From: Verrucomicrobiaceae bacterium
Lineage (GTDB): Bacteria > Verrucomicrobiota > Verrucomicrobiia > Verrucomicrobiales > Akkermansiaceae
DNA length: 64,000 nt
Direction: 5' to 3'
NCBI GenBank assembly: GCA_051252135.1
Contig: JBPOGH010000003.1
Span: forward strand, 192,001-256,000
A program made the translations under genes and the position numbers. Each line of letters starts with the position of its first letter. Position 1 is the stretch's first letter. The notes beneath the pieces were generated by a model. It ran no database searches. It saw only the letters and a list, made by a program, of their open reading frames with translations, and was not told the origin of the DNA. Shown here piece after piece: positions 50,901-59,711 of the stretch.

Positions 50901-51010
50901 AAGTCGGTATTTGTCGCCCCCTGATACATGTCAACCGAGGGTTGCCAGGTGATCTGGGCGGCAGGAAGTGCGGCCAAGGAGAGGAGGAACGAGGTGAGGA
51001 TGTTTTTCAT
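47903..51010 (-). CDS. Secreted glycoside hydrolase (GH30/clan A-like) with two CBM6-like modules
   Basis: IEAENF...GYIDNGDW...GWDNW and MEAEAF...GWISNGDW CBM6 patterns; DLTNEW and WNTELH as candidate catalytic glutamates. Confidence 0.72.
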   Translation of the reverse strand: MKNILTSFLLSLAALPAAQITWQPSVDMYQGATNTDFIFTTGTALLAVNPSDPDNGTITLNGVSFLRADIPALEAGVTANGVTLTVGPDSAGADINGLAGPSTFGDGSFSGDPDLANVIGGATYGHATLTFSGLTVGKTYAIQILANDARSSRHNGYKMNLSDGTTNVPTSITNGTAGQADLNNSEDGGTGEESGDSIIGIFLADSTTQSFEIAGELNGSVNPGRAQINAIQIREMPDVIEAENFTSMSGIVIEPDKGATSDSIGYIDNGDWAEYLINVPEPGTYRFTFSAATNSNGGNVEIVSNGTTIGTATIPKTSGWDNWQPFTGDATFTTSGPQTIRLNFVSATNTAALYNIDWFTFEVPTGIPVVIGTTPKQTMRYGMDYERLWYWTTSLNSAERDLVAKWSVVDNDIDFIRVAVNAGYELTENNYDLSAYTFRIIPMMQEMQEANPNIKFFASPRPLDEAQDNVAWQPYPQWITGSTGSSSNYNFNWEKCGQYLVRYLRLMKSYGFKISYMDLTNEWQSNDGGSRFTQADARDVTEYIKDYIANPPSPDPTDPTGSYAGFPALTADDLPLFIAPSSWNFVQGASWINNLDTSRRRDAVDIAASHNTDKTGTAEDFAEAVINTLGPDTEIWNTELHGWKSTSGANEVLTFSFMLEAINAGFSGLSGWLAIGTTNQGHSYILNPNGTPVRNVKYFIFNKLTNTSHRGQALDIATPPELSHTTALIKDNLLTVWAINPNGSTVDLALDLNGKVSTNQTITRTRWHEDLNVEGEVTSFISGSPTTVFATVPAGSLCCFEIPLDPPGGPVTRMEAEAFDAQSGTQSQATGDVDGDQNIGWISNGDWLRYDQLTLAENASARFRIAREPGTAQPQIQVRLGSPTGTIVGIINVPETIGWQDWETIEVELSNAAGTYDVYLVFQEIGSATNASMMNLNWFALSLTEPEIDPISPENLVFGEVTAINTDQAIGTLSFSIPQSGNGQIYQVQWSDTLAEGSWTDLGEPFTGTGSQLDFNIPFPTALTKRFYRVEVSLP

Positions 51011-51025
51011 TTTAAGGGAAAGGTA

Positions 51026-52420
51026 TTAGTAACGATAGTCGGCACCGTCGCGACTGAGTTGGCAGCTTTGATCGATCCCCGCGAGGGCACGGGTCATCTC
51101 CTGAAGGATAGCCGGGTTTTCCTTGGCGAGGTCGTTTTTTTCGTAGGGATCGTTGGCGAGATTGTAGAGGCGGGTCCGTCCGTCTTTTTTGGCTTCCTTG
51201 AGAATCTTAAAGTCGCCCCGGATGAGGGCCTGTCCATCGATCCCCTGGTAGAGGCGGCGATAGCCGAAGAAGAGATCGTTGGGACGTTGGGCGATCCCGC
51301 CTTTGATGATGGGCATGAGATCGACGCCATCGATGGGGCGTTCTTTGCCTTTTGAGAAGGAGTAACCGACGGCGGAGGCGACGGTGGGGAAGATGTCTAC
51401 GGTCGAACAACGGACGTCGGAGGTGGTGCCGGGCTCGATGGTGCCGGGCCATTCGAGGCAGGCGGGGACGAGGAGACCGCCTTCATACATCTGGTGCTTG
51501 TGGCCTCTGAAGGGTCTGGCGGAGGCGATGCCTTTTTTGGCGGCGCCATCGGAGGGGCCGTTGTCGCTGCAGAAGATGAGGAGGGTGTTTTTCTCGATGC
51601 CGAGGTCGTGGAGCTTGGTGCGGAGGCGGCCGATTTGCTCGTCCATGGCGGTGATGCAGCCGTAGTAGTTTTGGCGTTTCGAGCCGGCCTTGGGGTAGAG
51701 AGCGCGGTATTTTGGACCGGCGACGACGGGCTCGTGCGGGGCGTGGAACCAAACGGTGGCGAGAAAGGGGGTGGCCTTGTTCGTCTCGATGAAGGGGATG
51801 ACACGATCCATGATGATGCGGCTGTCATCGCCACTCATGTTTTCGGTGACGGGGGTGCCGTCCTGAAGGTAAGGGGTGCCTCCTTTCCAGGGCTCGCCGG
51901 GTTTGTTGCCCCAGCTTTTCCAATCGGCGGGGGTGACGGTGGGGTCCCAGGTGGGGACGGCGCTGGTGGTGGCGAACCAGCTATCGAATCCGTGGTGGGA
52001 GGGCGGCGAGTAGTGGCCGCGTGAGCTGAGTTGGTCCGGCTCGACCCAGCCGATGTGCCATTTTCCGAAGAAGGCGGTTCGGTAGTCCCTGGACTTCACC
52101 ATTTCCGCGACGGTGATTTCTCCGGTGCGCATGCCGGCGGTGTGGGCGGCGAGGATGCCGTAGCGGAAAGGGTAGCGCCCGGTGAGGCAGGAACCGCGGG
52201 TGGGCGAGCAAAGGGGTGAGGCGGCGTAGAAGCGGTTGAGCTTCACCCCATTGGCGGCCATGGCATCGAGATGCGGGGTCTTGAGGTCGGGGTGGCCATT
52301 GAAGCCGACGTCTCCCCATCCCTGATCATCGCTCATGATGAGAATGATGTTGGGCTGATCAGCGGCTAATTTTGCCGTGACAGCCACAAGGGAGCAGAAA
52401 AGCAGTTTGAAAAGAGTCAT
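51026..52420 (-). CDS. Sulfatase (Cys-type, formylglycine-dependent)
   Basis: PNIILIMSDDQGW, CSPTRGSCLTGR, GKWH, SDNG; start placed at ATG 52420. Confidence 0.93.
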   Translation of the reverse strand: MTLFKLLFCSLVAVTAKLAADQPNIILIMSDDQGWGDVGFNGHPDLKTPHLDAMAANGVKLNRFYAASPLCSPTRGSCLTGRYPFRYGILAAHTAGMRTGEITVAEMVKSRDYRTAFFGKWHIGWVEPDQLSSRGHYSPPSHHGFDSWFATTSAVPTWDPTVTPADWKSWGNKPGEPWKGGTPYLQDGTPVTENMSGDDSRIIMDRVIPFIETNKATPFLATVWFHAPHEPVVAGPKYRALYPKAGSKRQNYYGCITAMDEQIGRLRTKLHDLGIEKNTLLIFCSDNGPSDGAAKKGIASARPFRGHKHQMYEGGLLVPACLEWPGTIEPGTTSDVRCSTVDIFPTVASAVGYSFSKGKERPIDGVDLMPIIKGGIAQRPNDLFFGYRRLYQGIDGQALIRGDFKILKEAKKDGRTRLYNLANDPYEKNDLAKENPAILQEMTRALAGIDQSCQLSRDGADYRY

Positions 52421-52535
52421 CAGCAATGTGTGAAAAGGCACACTAGCCCAAATAACCCCTCATAGGGAGCATTCTATACACATTGGAGAACTTTCCCCTC
52501 TGTATGCGGATTTATCCTTTGGGAGAGGTTGGAGA

Positions 52536-52769
52536 CTACTTCTCCGCGTTCTCCGCTTCCTCTTCTTTGAGAAGGGTTTCAAACTCCTGCTCTTCCGGGG
52601 TCAACGCGTCCCAGCGGGCTTTTTCGATCGCTTCCGCTTCGGCAATCAGGGCTGCCGCTTCTTCTTCGGCCTTTTTCTCCAATCTGGCAGCCTCGCGGGC
52701 CAAGCGCTTATCAAGCTTCTTCTGTTCCCGTTCGCGACGTTTGTGGTCTTTGCTTGGTGTAAATGCCAT
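52536..52769 (-). CDS. Small charged coiled-coil hypothetical protein
   Basis: ATG 52769 preceded by AAGGA; 77 aa with basic N-terminus and acidic C-terminus. Confidence 0.55.
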   Translation of the reverse strand: MAFTPSKDHKRREREQKKLDKRLAREAARLEKKAEEEAAALIAEAEAIEKARWDALTPEEQEFETLLKEEEAENAEK

Positions 52770-52955
52770 TGGTCTATCCTTTCTGTGGTTTGAAAATCGA
52801 GTAGACGATTTGCCTGCTCCCCTCCCGAGAGCGAGGTGGCCATACAATGCAATGGGGATTTGAGCCAACAGAAATCTTTTTCAAATTGGTTAAGCTTCTC
52901 TGGCGGCGGCGGAGGAAGTGGCATGGGCGTTCGCGGGATCCGGAGGGGTTCGGGC

Positions 52956-53000
52956 AAAAAAAATCCCAGCCCCTCCGGGGGATGGGGATGGGATTTTTTT
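52956..53000. terminator. Rho-independent terminator after the SDR gene
   Basis: A8-TCCCAGCCCC...GGGGATGGGA-T7 imperfect hairpin. Confidence 0.7.
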
Positions 53001-53016
53001 GAGAGATCGAGCGGGA

Positions 53017-53784
53017 TCAGATCACGCGGTCGTTTCCGCCGTCGATGGGGATTTGGGCGCCGGTGGTGGCGCTGAAGACGGGGCCGGCGACGGTGGAGAC
53101 CATGGCGGCGACGCCGGGGGAGGTGATCTCGGTGCTGAGGAGGTTTTTGGTTTTGTATTCCTCGACGGTCATGCCGTAGCGCTTGGCCGATTTTTCCAAG
53201 GCTTCCTGAGACCAAATTTCGGTATCGAAGACGGCATCGGGATGGATGATGTTGACGCGGACACCAAAGGGCGCGAGCTCGAGGGCGGCGACGCGGGCGA
53301 GCTGGGTGACACCGGCCTTGGTGACGGAGTAGGCTGAGGCACCTGGCCCCGGGGCGGCAAAGTTGCGGGAGCCGATGATGATGATGCTGGCCGAGAGCTT
53401 GCTCTCCTTAAGGTAGGGAATGGAGAACTTGAGGAAGCGTTGGGTGGCGGTGAGGTTGATCTTGAGGTGGAGGTCCCAGGAATCCTCGGGGGCGTCGATG
53501 TATTCGCCGGATTTGAAGATGCCGGCGTTGGCGACGATGAGGTCGAGGCTGCCGTATTTGGCGGCGGTGTCATCGATGATTTTTTTCATGGCAGCGTCAT
53601 CGGTGATGTCACAGACGATGCCGGTGAGGCGCTCGCCGGTGAGATTGGTGACGACGGAGGGGTTGATGTCGAGACCGACGACGGTGGCTCCGTCGTTACG
53701 GAGGCGTTCGGCAGTGGCTTTGCCGATTCCACCGCAGGCTCCGGTGACGATGGCGACTTTATTGGCGTGGATTTGTTCGGACAT
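53017..53784 (-). CDS. Short-chain dehydrogenase, resembling the SDR domain of bifunctional aldolase/SDR proteins
   Basis: TGACGGIG, NAG, YSVTK, VNIIHPDAVFDT, DGGNDRVI. Confidence 0.88.
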   Translation of the reverse strand: MSEQIHANKVAIVTGACGGIGKATAERLRNDGATVVGLDINPSVVTNLTGERLTGIVCDITDDAAMKKIIDDTAAKYGSLDLIVANAGIFKSGEYIDAPEDSWDLHLKINLTATQRFLKFSIPYLKESKLSASIIIIGSRNFAAPGPGASAYSVTKAGVTQLARVAALELAPFGVRVNIIHPDAVFDTEIWSQEALEKSAKRYGMTVEEYKTKNLLSTEITSPGVAAMVSTVAGPVFSATTGAQIPIDGGNDRVI

Positions 53785-53831
53785 AGCAGAAGTGTTCAGT
53801 TTTAAGTTTGGAGGGCTGGGTTGAGGGGGCT

Positions 53832-54509
53832 TTAGGAGGAGATGGCGTTGTTGAAGAAGGCGAGGTTTTCGACGGGGTCTTCGTTGTTGAAGATGGCGGA
53901 TCCGGAGACGACGAAGTGGGGTTTCATGGAGGCGATCTGCGGGATGGTGTCTTTGTTGACGCCGCCATCGATGCAGATGAGGAGCTCGGGTTTCCAGGAG
54001 AGGAGGGTTTCGATTTTTGCGGGGATGTCGTCGAGGAAGGTTTCCTTACCGGAGTAGGGGCCGACGCCGAGGAGGAGGACGTAGTCGATTTGATCGAGGT
54101 ATTTTTTGATGAAGCTGGCGGAGGTGCCGGGGTTGATGGAGACGCCGCGGACGATGTCTTCGTGACTGGAAATGCGTGAGAGGGTGTCGTCGATGTGAGC
54201 GGTGTATTCGACGGAGAAGGAAATGAGGTCGGCACCGGCCTTGGCGAAGGCGTCGATGTGCTGCTTCGGCTTGTTGATGAGGAGGTGGACGTCCTTGAGG
54301 AGGTCGGTTTTGAGGCCGGCGACGAAGGGAGACCCGACGGTGATGTTGGGCCAGATGTTGCCGTCCATGACATCGAAGTGGAGGAGGTTGACGTTATTTT
54401 CCTGAAGAATTTGGAGGGCGGCGTTTTGGTTACCCATGTCGTAGCTGAGGGTGGCGACGGAGAGTTGGGGACGGCTGCGGATGAGGTCGATTTTTTCGGC
54501 GCGGGTCAT
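53832..54509 (-). CDS. Ribulose-phosphate 3-epimerase family protein (LsrE-like position)
   Basis: HFDVMDG, DVHL, INPGT, IDGGV, VSGSAIF; start at ATG 54509. Confidence 0.85.
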   Translation of the reverse strand: MTRAEKIDLIRSRPQLSVATLSYDMGNQNAALQILQENNVNLLHFDVMDGNIWPNITVGSPFVAGLKTDLLKDVHLLINKPKQHIDAFAKAGADLISFSVEYTAHIDDTLSRISSHEDIVRGVSINPGTSASFIKKYLDQIDYVLLLGVGPYSGKETFLDDIPAKIETLLSWKPELLICIDGGVNKDTIPQIASMKPHFVVSGSAIFNNEDPVENLAFFNNAISS

Positions 54510-54518
54510 GGGGAGAGG

Positions 54519-54586
54519 AGTTTGAAGTTGGAAGTGTTCAGTTGGAAGTTGGAAAATTGAAAACCCCAGGCTTTCGCCTGGGGTTT
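54519..54586. repeat. Degenerate heptamer tandem array plus 11-bp hairpin
   Basis: AGTTTGA AGTTGGA AGTGTTC AGTTGGA AGTTGGA AAATTGA, then AAACCCCAGGC-TTTC-GCCTGGGGTTT. Confidence 0.65.
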
Positions 54587-54622
54587 GAAAGTTGGCTTGG
54601 CGCTTGGAAAACGCCGCCACGC

Positions 54623-55489
54623 CTAGCCGGCGTTGTAGATTTCGATGGCCTCGGAGGGCTTGGCGCCGTTGTGGACGACTTCCTTGACGGCACGCATCAT
54701 GGCGAGAGGCTTGTCGGACTGGAAGACGTTGCGGCCCATGTCGACTCCGGAAGCACCGCACTGGATGGCGTTGTAGCAGAGTTCGAGTGCCTCGAGCTCA
54801 GGGAGCTTCTTGCCACCGGCGATGACGACGGGGACGGGGCAGGCGGCGACGACGTTTTCGAAGCCTTCGGTGTAGTAGGTCTTGACGATGGATGCGCCGT
54901 TCTCAGCACAGACGCGGGAAGCGAGGCCGAAGTAGCGGGAGTCGCGAGCCATGTCTTTACCGACAGCGGTGACACCCATGACGGGGATGCTGTACTTGTT
55001 GCCGATGTCGACGAGGCGACTGAAGTTGGCAATGGTGGAAGCCTCGGTGTCGGCATCGCCGATGGCGAGCATGGCTGCCATGGCGGAAACGTTCATGCCG
55101 ATGGCGTCGATCTCGGAGATGAGCACGTTGTGGTTCATCTCGGTGAGGATGGTGGTGCCGGAATCGGTGCGGAGACAGATGGGCTTGGTGTTTTCCGCAG
55201 GGATGGAGGTGCGGATCATGCCGCGGCAACCCATGAGGCAGTCGGCTTCTTCGGCAAGCGGGGCGATGTTGAGGTCGATGCGCTCAAGACCGGAAGTGGG
55301 TCCCATGAGGAAGCCGTGGTCGAAAGCCAGCATGACGGTGCGTCCGGACTTGCGGTTGAAGATGCGGGACATGCGGTTCTTAATTCCCCAGGAGGCGCTG
55401 TTCATGCCCTTGAGGTAGAAAGAAGAGGTGTCGGCGGGAGTGTTGAGACCGAAGTTGTCTCCGTCTCTGATGTCGTCTAAGTCAGCCAT
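54623..55489 (-). CDS. lsrF: 3-hydroxy-5-phosphonooxypentane-2,4-dione thiolase LsrF (class I aldolase fold)
   Basis: MADLDDIRDG N-terminus, MLAFDHG, GPTSGLERID, VKTYY, IAGGKKLPE, GVDMGRN as in enterobacterial LsrF. Confidence 0.9.
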   Translation of the reverse strand: MADLDDIRDGDNFGLNTPADTSSFYLKGMNSASWGIKNRMSRIFNRKSGRTVMLAFDHGFLMGPTSGLERIDLNIAPLAEEADCLMGCRGMIRTSIPAENTKPICLRTDSGTTILTEMNHNVLISEIDAIGMNVSAMAAMLAIGDADTEASTIANFSRLVDIGNKYSIPVMGVTAVGKDMARDSRYFGLASRVCAENGASIVKTYYTEGFENVVAACPVPVVIAGGKKLPELEALELCYNAIQCGASGVDMGRNVFQSDKPLAMMRAVKEVVHNGAKPSEAIEIYNAG

Positions 55490-55531
55490 GGTAGTAGTAG
55501 GTTGGTAGGTTGGGTTGTTTTTAAGAAATGA

Positions 55532-56749
55532 TTAGTTCTCGAGTTTGTCGATGAGGTAGTTGACGGCGCGTTCGACGAAGGCGGGGTCCTGGGCGTTGTT
55601 GTCCATGGATTCGACTTCGATGGTGTCGGGAAGTTCCTTTTGGAGGGACTCCCAGTATGCAGCGTCGAGCTCGGGGTTGTAAAGTTCGCCACCCTCGGCG
55701 GAGTAGCTGGAAACGCCCTTGAGGGGCATGAGGAAAAGGGTGTCCTTGGTGGAGTGTGAGAGTTTTTCGCCGATGGCTTTGGCGACGCGGGCTTGTTCTT
55801 CGGCGTTGAGGCGGGGAACGAAGACGTAGGGCGAGTGCCAGGTGATTTGGTGGTCGGTCCAGCCATCGGGGATGACGCTGGGCTTGCTGACGAGGATGCC
55901 GAGGTGCTCGGAACCTCCGGGGACGATGACCTGGGGAAGGCCGAGTTTTCCGGCGACGGTGAGTCGCTCGGGTCCGCCTGCGCGGAGGACGCCCCAGACG
56001 CCGTCGGCGATTTCGCCCAGGCCGTAGTCGAAGACCGCGTTGATGATGCCTTCTTTCATCATTTGCTCCATGGCGTCACCACCGGCGCCGATGGCGTGGA
56101 AGGTGATGACCTCGTAGCCGGCCTTTTCAAAGAGATCGATGGCGTGCATCGCGCCTTTGGTGAGGACGCCGAGATTGGACATGCCGATGACGCCCTTGGC
56201 GGTGGACTTGGTGATGCACTGCTCGGATTGGGCCATGCCCCAGGCGGCGGCGGCGGCATTGGCGAGGATTTTGCGGGAGAAGACGTTGAGGCCGAGGATA
56301 TCGGAGACGGCGAACATCATGGTGATGTCCTTGATGCCAACGAAGGGTGAGGTGTCGCCGGAGGCGGCGGTGGAGAGCATGACCTTCGGGAAGCCATACG
56401 GAAGAGCCTGCAGGATGGGAGCGCAGGTGGAAGTGCCCTGGGTGCCCCCGAGAGTGACGACGGCGTCGATTTTTCCAGCTTGCTGGAGTTCAAGGAGGAG
56501 CTTGGTGGCTCCGGCAACGATGAAGGGGTTGGATTGCTCGCGGCTGGGTTTGACGAGGAGTTCGTCGAGATTGCCTCCGCCTGCGGAGATGACTTCCTGT
56601 TTTGAGATGTCGGCCTTGAGTTCGGAATCGCCCACGAGGGAGAGGTCAACGAGGAGTGCCTTGCCGCCGAGGGACTCGATCTCGGTGCGCATGAAGTCGG
56701 CCTCGGCCGCTTTGGTGTCGAGGGTAGCGAGAATGGCAACGGTTTTCAT
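55532..56749 (-). CDS. Tm-1-like ATP-binding domain protein (UPF0261)
   Basis: ATLDTK, GGTQGT, LPYGFPKVMLST, DILGLN, FHAIGAGG; start at ATG 56749. Confidence 0.88.
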   Translation of the reverse strand: MKTVAILATLDTKAAEADFMRTEIESLGGKALLVDLSLVGDSELKADISKQEVISAGGGNLDELLVKPSREQSNPFIVAGATKLLLELQQAGKIDAVVTLGGTQGTSTCAPILQALPYGFPKVMLSTAASGDTSPFVGIKDITMMFAVSDILGLNVFSRKILANAAAAAWGMAQSEQCITKSTAKGVIGMSNLGVLTKGAMHAIDLFEKAGYEVITFHAIGAGGDAMEQMMKEGIINAVFDYGLGEIADGVWGVLRAGGPERLTVAGKLGLPQVIVPGGSEHLGILVSKPSVIPDGWTDHQITWHSPYVFVPRLNAEEQARVAKAIGEKLSHSTKDTLFLMPLKGVSSYSAEGGELYNPELDAAYWESLQKELPDTIEVESMDNNAQDPAFVERAVNYLIDKLEN

Positions 56750-56911
56750 GGGGAGAAGGAATACATCAAGATGAGGCAATCGTCTTGAAGAAAAGAGGGT
56801 GTTTTTTGAATAAAATCGTCAAATGGGGCCATTTTGGGCGCTCTTTGGGATTGTTAGATGCCGGAGATCCCCCTTGACCGCCAATCGGCAGGACCATAGT
56901 CAGGATGTGTT

Positions 56912-57424
56912 ATGAAACTACTGAACGCACTTGCAGTTGCCCTCATTATCCCCTTCACCATCGTTTCCTGTAAGAAGGGGGCTGAGGAAGCTGACAAGGG
57001 AGCCGAGACCGATTCCGCCCCGAAAGCGGACACCCATGAAGCCATCACCGAGGAATACTTTGGCTACATGGAAGACGCGATGAACTCCATGGGCACCATC
57101 CGCGACAAAGCATCGGCCGAAAAATTCATTGCTGATGCCCAGGCCCTGCAACCAAAACTGGAAGCGATCCAGACTCGTGCAGAAGCGCTTCCCGCACCGA
57201 CCGAGGAGCAGAAGGCGGCCATTCAAGCGACCCACAAAGAGATCGAGGCTCGAATTGCGACCAAGCAGGAGGAAGCCGGTAAGGCGATGCAGACCAATCC
57301 CCCTTCACCTGAAGACATGGCCGCAATGGGAGCGCTCCTCCAGGAGTTCATGGGTGGCGAATTTGGCACCAAGATGGAAGAAATCACCAACAGCGTGGAC
57401 GCCGTTTACGGTCTGAAGAACTAA
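56912..57424 (+). CDS. Hypothetical helical lipoprotein
   Basis: Lipobox TIVSC, 170 aa, followed by a terminator. Confidence 0.75.
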   Translation: MKLLNALAVALIIPFTIVSCKKGAEEADKGAETDSAPKADTHEAITEEYFGYMEDAMNSMGTIRDKASAEKFIADAQALQPKLEAIQTRAEALPAPTEEQKAAIQATHKEIEARIATKQEEAGKAMQTNPPSPEDMAAMGALLQEFMGGEFGTKMEEITNSVDAVYGLKN

Positions 57425-57451
57425 GTCAACCGGCTTGAGCCGACACATTTT

Positions 57452-57486
57452 AAAACCATCGCGGGATTCTCCTGCGGTGGTTTTTT
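57452..57486 (+). terminator. Rho-independent terminator (probably bidirectional)
   Basis: AAAACCATCGCGGGA-TTC-TCCTGCGGTGGTTTTTT. Confidence 0.75.
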
Positions 57487-57491
57487 GATGA

Positions 57492-58223
57492 TTAGATCCG
57501 GTAGCGGGAGCGATAGGCCGAGGGAGGTTCCTTGAGGATACGGGAGAACTCGCGGGAGAAGTGGGCCTGATCGGCAAAGCCGCAGTGGTGGCTGATTTGG
57601 GCAAAGGTCTGGGTGGTGCGGACGATGAGGTGGCAGGCTTCCTGAACGCGAAGGTGACGGAGGTATTCCTTGGGCGTCATGTTGAAGGTTGCTTTGAATT
57701 TGCGCAGGAAACTGCTGAGGGAAAGGTTGGCGGCTTTCGCCAGCTCGGTGATGGCGATGTTCTCCCGGTAGTGTTGGTGGAGGAGCTTGAGAGAGGGCCC
57801 GAGTTCTTCGTTTTTTCTGAGGGAGGTGGTGCCCTGATCAAAGGGCCGGGTGATGCCGATGATGCCGCACACCTCCCCTTCCCTGTTGATCAGGGGTTTC
57901 TTGGTGGTGGTGGACCAGTCGACAAACCCGCTTCCACGCGGGACGAGCTCGACCCGGTTGATGACGGGCTCACCGGTTTCGAGGATGCGGAGGTCGTCCT
58001 GCCGGATGTGCTCCAGAATGTGGTCCGGGATGTAGTCATCATCCTTCTTTCCCAGGATTTCCTGGGTCGATGACGCCTCGAAGATGTCACAAAGTCTCTG
58101 ATTGTAAGCGACGTAGCGGAGGTCGCGATCTTTTACGAAGTAGATGAAGCCGGGAAGATCGTCGAAGATGGAGGCAAGGTGGTTCTCGACGTGGTTCTTT
58201 TGAAAGAATCGGTCATCCTGCAC
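57492..58223 (-). CDS. PAS-domain AraC family transcriptional regulator
   Basis: YFVKDRDLRY...TTKKPL PAS domain; CGFADQAHFSREF helix-turn-helix. Confidence 0.92.
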   Translation of the reverse strand: MQDDRFFQKNHVENHLASIFDDLPGFIYFVKDRDLRYVAYNQRLCDIFEASSTQEILGKKDDDYIPDHILEHIRQDDLRILETGEPVINRVELVPRGSGFVDWSTTTKKPLINREGEVCGIIGITRPFDQGTTSLRKNEELGPSLKLLHQHYRENIAITELAKAANLSLSSFLRKFKATFNMTPKEYLRHLRVQEACHLIVRTTQTFAQISHHCGFADQAHFSREFSRILKEPPSAYRSRYRI

Positions 58224-58279
58224 TCCGGAATAGTGAGGGGAGAATGGGCAGGAGTGAACCTTAAATTAGAGAGGCTCTT

Positions 58280-59689
58280 TTAACGCGGGGTGAGGTCCTG
58301 AAGGGAGGTGGTGAACTTGAGATGCCCGGGGCTGGTCCCCTTTTCGGTCACGCAACGGTAGGTGCAGGTGGGGTTTGCGGAGGTGAAGTCGAAATCGAGG
58401 AGGCCAAAGAAGTTGCCCTTGTTGTAGGAGAATAGGGCGTGGGGGTTGGCATCGTGGGTGTGGATGTTGGTGACTTTGGCGGTCTCGAACTCGTAGAGGG
58501 GGTAGCCGACATCGAAGCCGAGCTTGAACATCTCGTGGCGGTGGCGATCGCCGGAGAGGAGGAAGACGCCGCCGATTTTTTTGTCGCGGATGAGGGAGAA
58601 GATTTCATCACGCTCTTTGGCGTAGCCTTGCCAGGAGTCCCTTCCCCCCTTGTCGGCGTGCTCGGTCCAGAGGGTGCCGGAGCAGAGGACTTTGAATTTG
58701 GACTTCGAGTTGGCGAGGGTTTCCTTGAGCCACGTCTTTTGAAAATCTCCGAGCATGGACCCGCCCTTGCGATGACGGTAGTAGCGGCCATCGGTCATGA
58801 TAAAGTGGACGTCGCCAAAGACGAAATCGAAGAAAGTTCCGGGGTGTTTTTCACCACCGGCGTAGGGTGGGTTGTTCCAGTTCTGCGCGTAGACCTGGAA
58901 GTTCCTGAGCTTCCAGTCGGGCTTGAAGGTTTTGGGGCCGCCTTCATCGTCATCGGCAGCGAAGTCGTGGTCATCCCAAATGGAGTAAATGGGTGTGGTG
59001 GCGGTGAGGGTGCGGTAGGCGGGGTGGAATTGGCGGCGGTAGTAATGGACGCGTTGCTTCTGCTGGTCCTCGGGGAGGTCGATGTAGACGTTGTCGCCCA
59101 GAGTGAGGTAGGCGATGGGATTTTGGGCGGCGACGACCTTCCAGATGCCTTCGTTTTCCGGGACGTATCGGGAGCAGGCACCGAAGGCGACGGTGAACTT
59201 GCCGGTGAAATTTTCCTCGGGGGCGGTGCGGAAGGTGAGGTTTTCGGGAAGCGGGTTGGCGGGCCGACCGTTGATGAGGAGTTGGTAGGTGTAGCTGGTG
59301 TCGGGCTTGAGGCCGGTGATGGAAATGGTGCCGGTGAGATCGTCGGCGAAGGTGGTTTGGGCGGGGCCGAAAGTTTTGCCATCGGCGAGGAGGACGGTCA
59401 CTTCGGCGGGTAGGGCGGTGCGGAACCAGACGGAAACGGAGGTGGGGCTGAGTTGGCCCAGTGCGGGTCCGCCGAGGAGGGTGAGCTGGTGTTTTTTAAG
59501 GAGAGCGAGGTAGTCGGGGTTCTCCGAGAGGGTTTTGAGGGAGGCGTCGCGATCGGAGGAATCGTAGATTTCACCAACGAGAAGCGGCTCGAGCTCGCCG
59601 AGGATGGGAAAATCCTTGGGGGTTGGGAGGAGGGGTTTGGCGAGAGTGGAGCCGACCAGAAGGCACGTAAGAGCAGATGTCCGAAGCAT
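58280..59689 (-). CDS. PhoD-like alkaline phosphatase D family protein
   Basis: LGDNVYID, WDDHD, DGRYYR, LSGDRH; start at ATG 59689. Confidence 0.88.
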   Translation of the reverse strand: MLRTSALTCLLVGSTLAKPLLPTPKDFPILGELEPLLVGEIYDSSDRDASLKTLSENPDYLALLKKHQLTLLGGPALGQLSPTSVSVWFRTALPAEVTVLLADGKTFGPAQTTFADDLTGTISITGLKPDTSYTYQLLINGRPANPLPENLTFRTAPEENFTGKFTVAFGACSRYVPENEGIWKVVAAQNPIAYLTLGDNVYIDLPEDQQKQRVHYYRRQFHPAYRTLTATTPIYSIWDDHDFAADDDEGGPKTFKPDWKLRNFQVYAQNWNNPPYAGGEKHPGTFFDFVFGDVHFIMTDGRYYRHRKGGSMLGDFQKTWLKETLANSKSKFKVLCSGTLWTEHADKGGRDSWQGYAKERDEIFSLIRDKKIGGVFLLSGDRHRHEMFKLGFDVGYPLYEFETAKVTNIHTHDANPHALFSYNKGNFFGLLDFDFTSANPTCTYRCVTEKGTSPGHLKFTTSLQDLTPR

Positions 59690-59711
59690 GTTGTGGATTG
59701 AGGTGGAGAGC

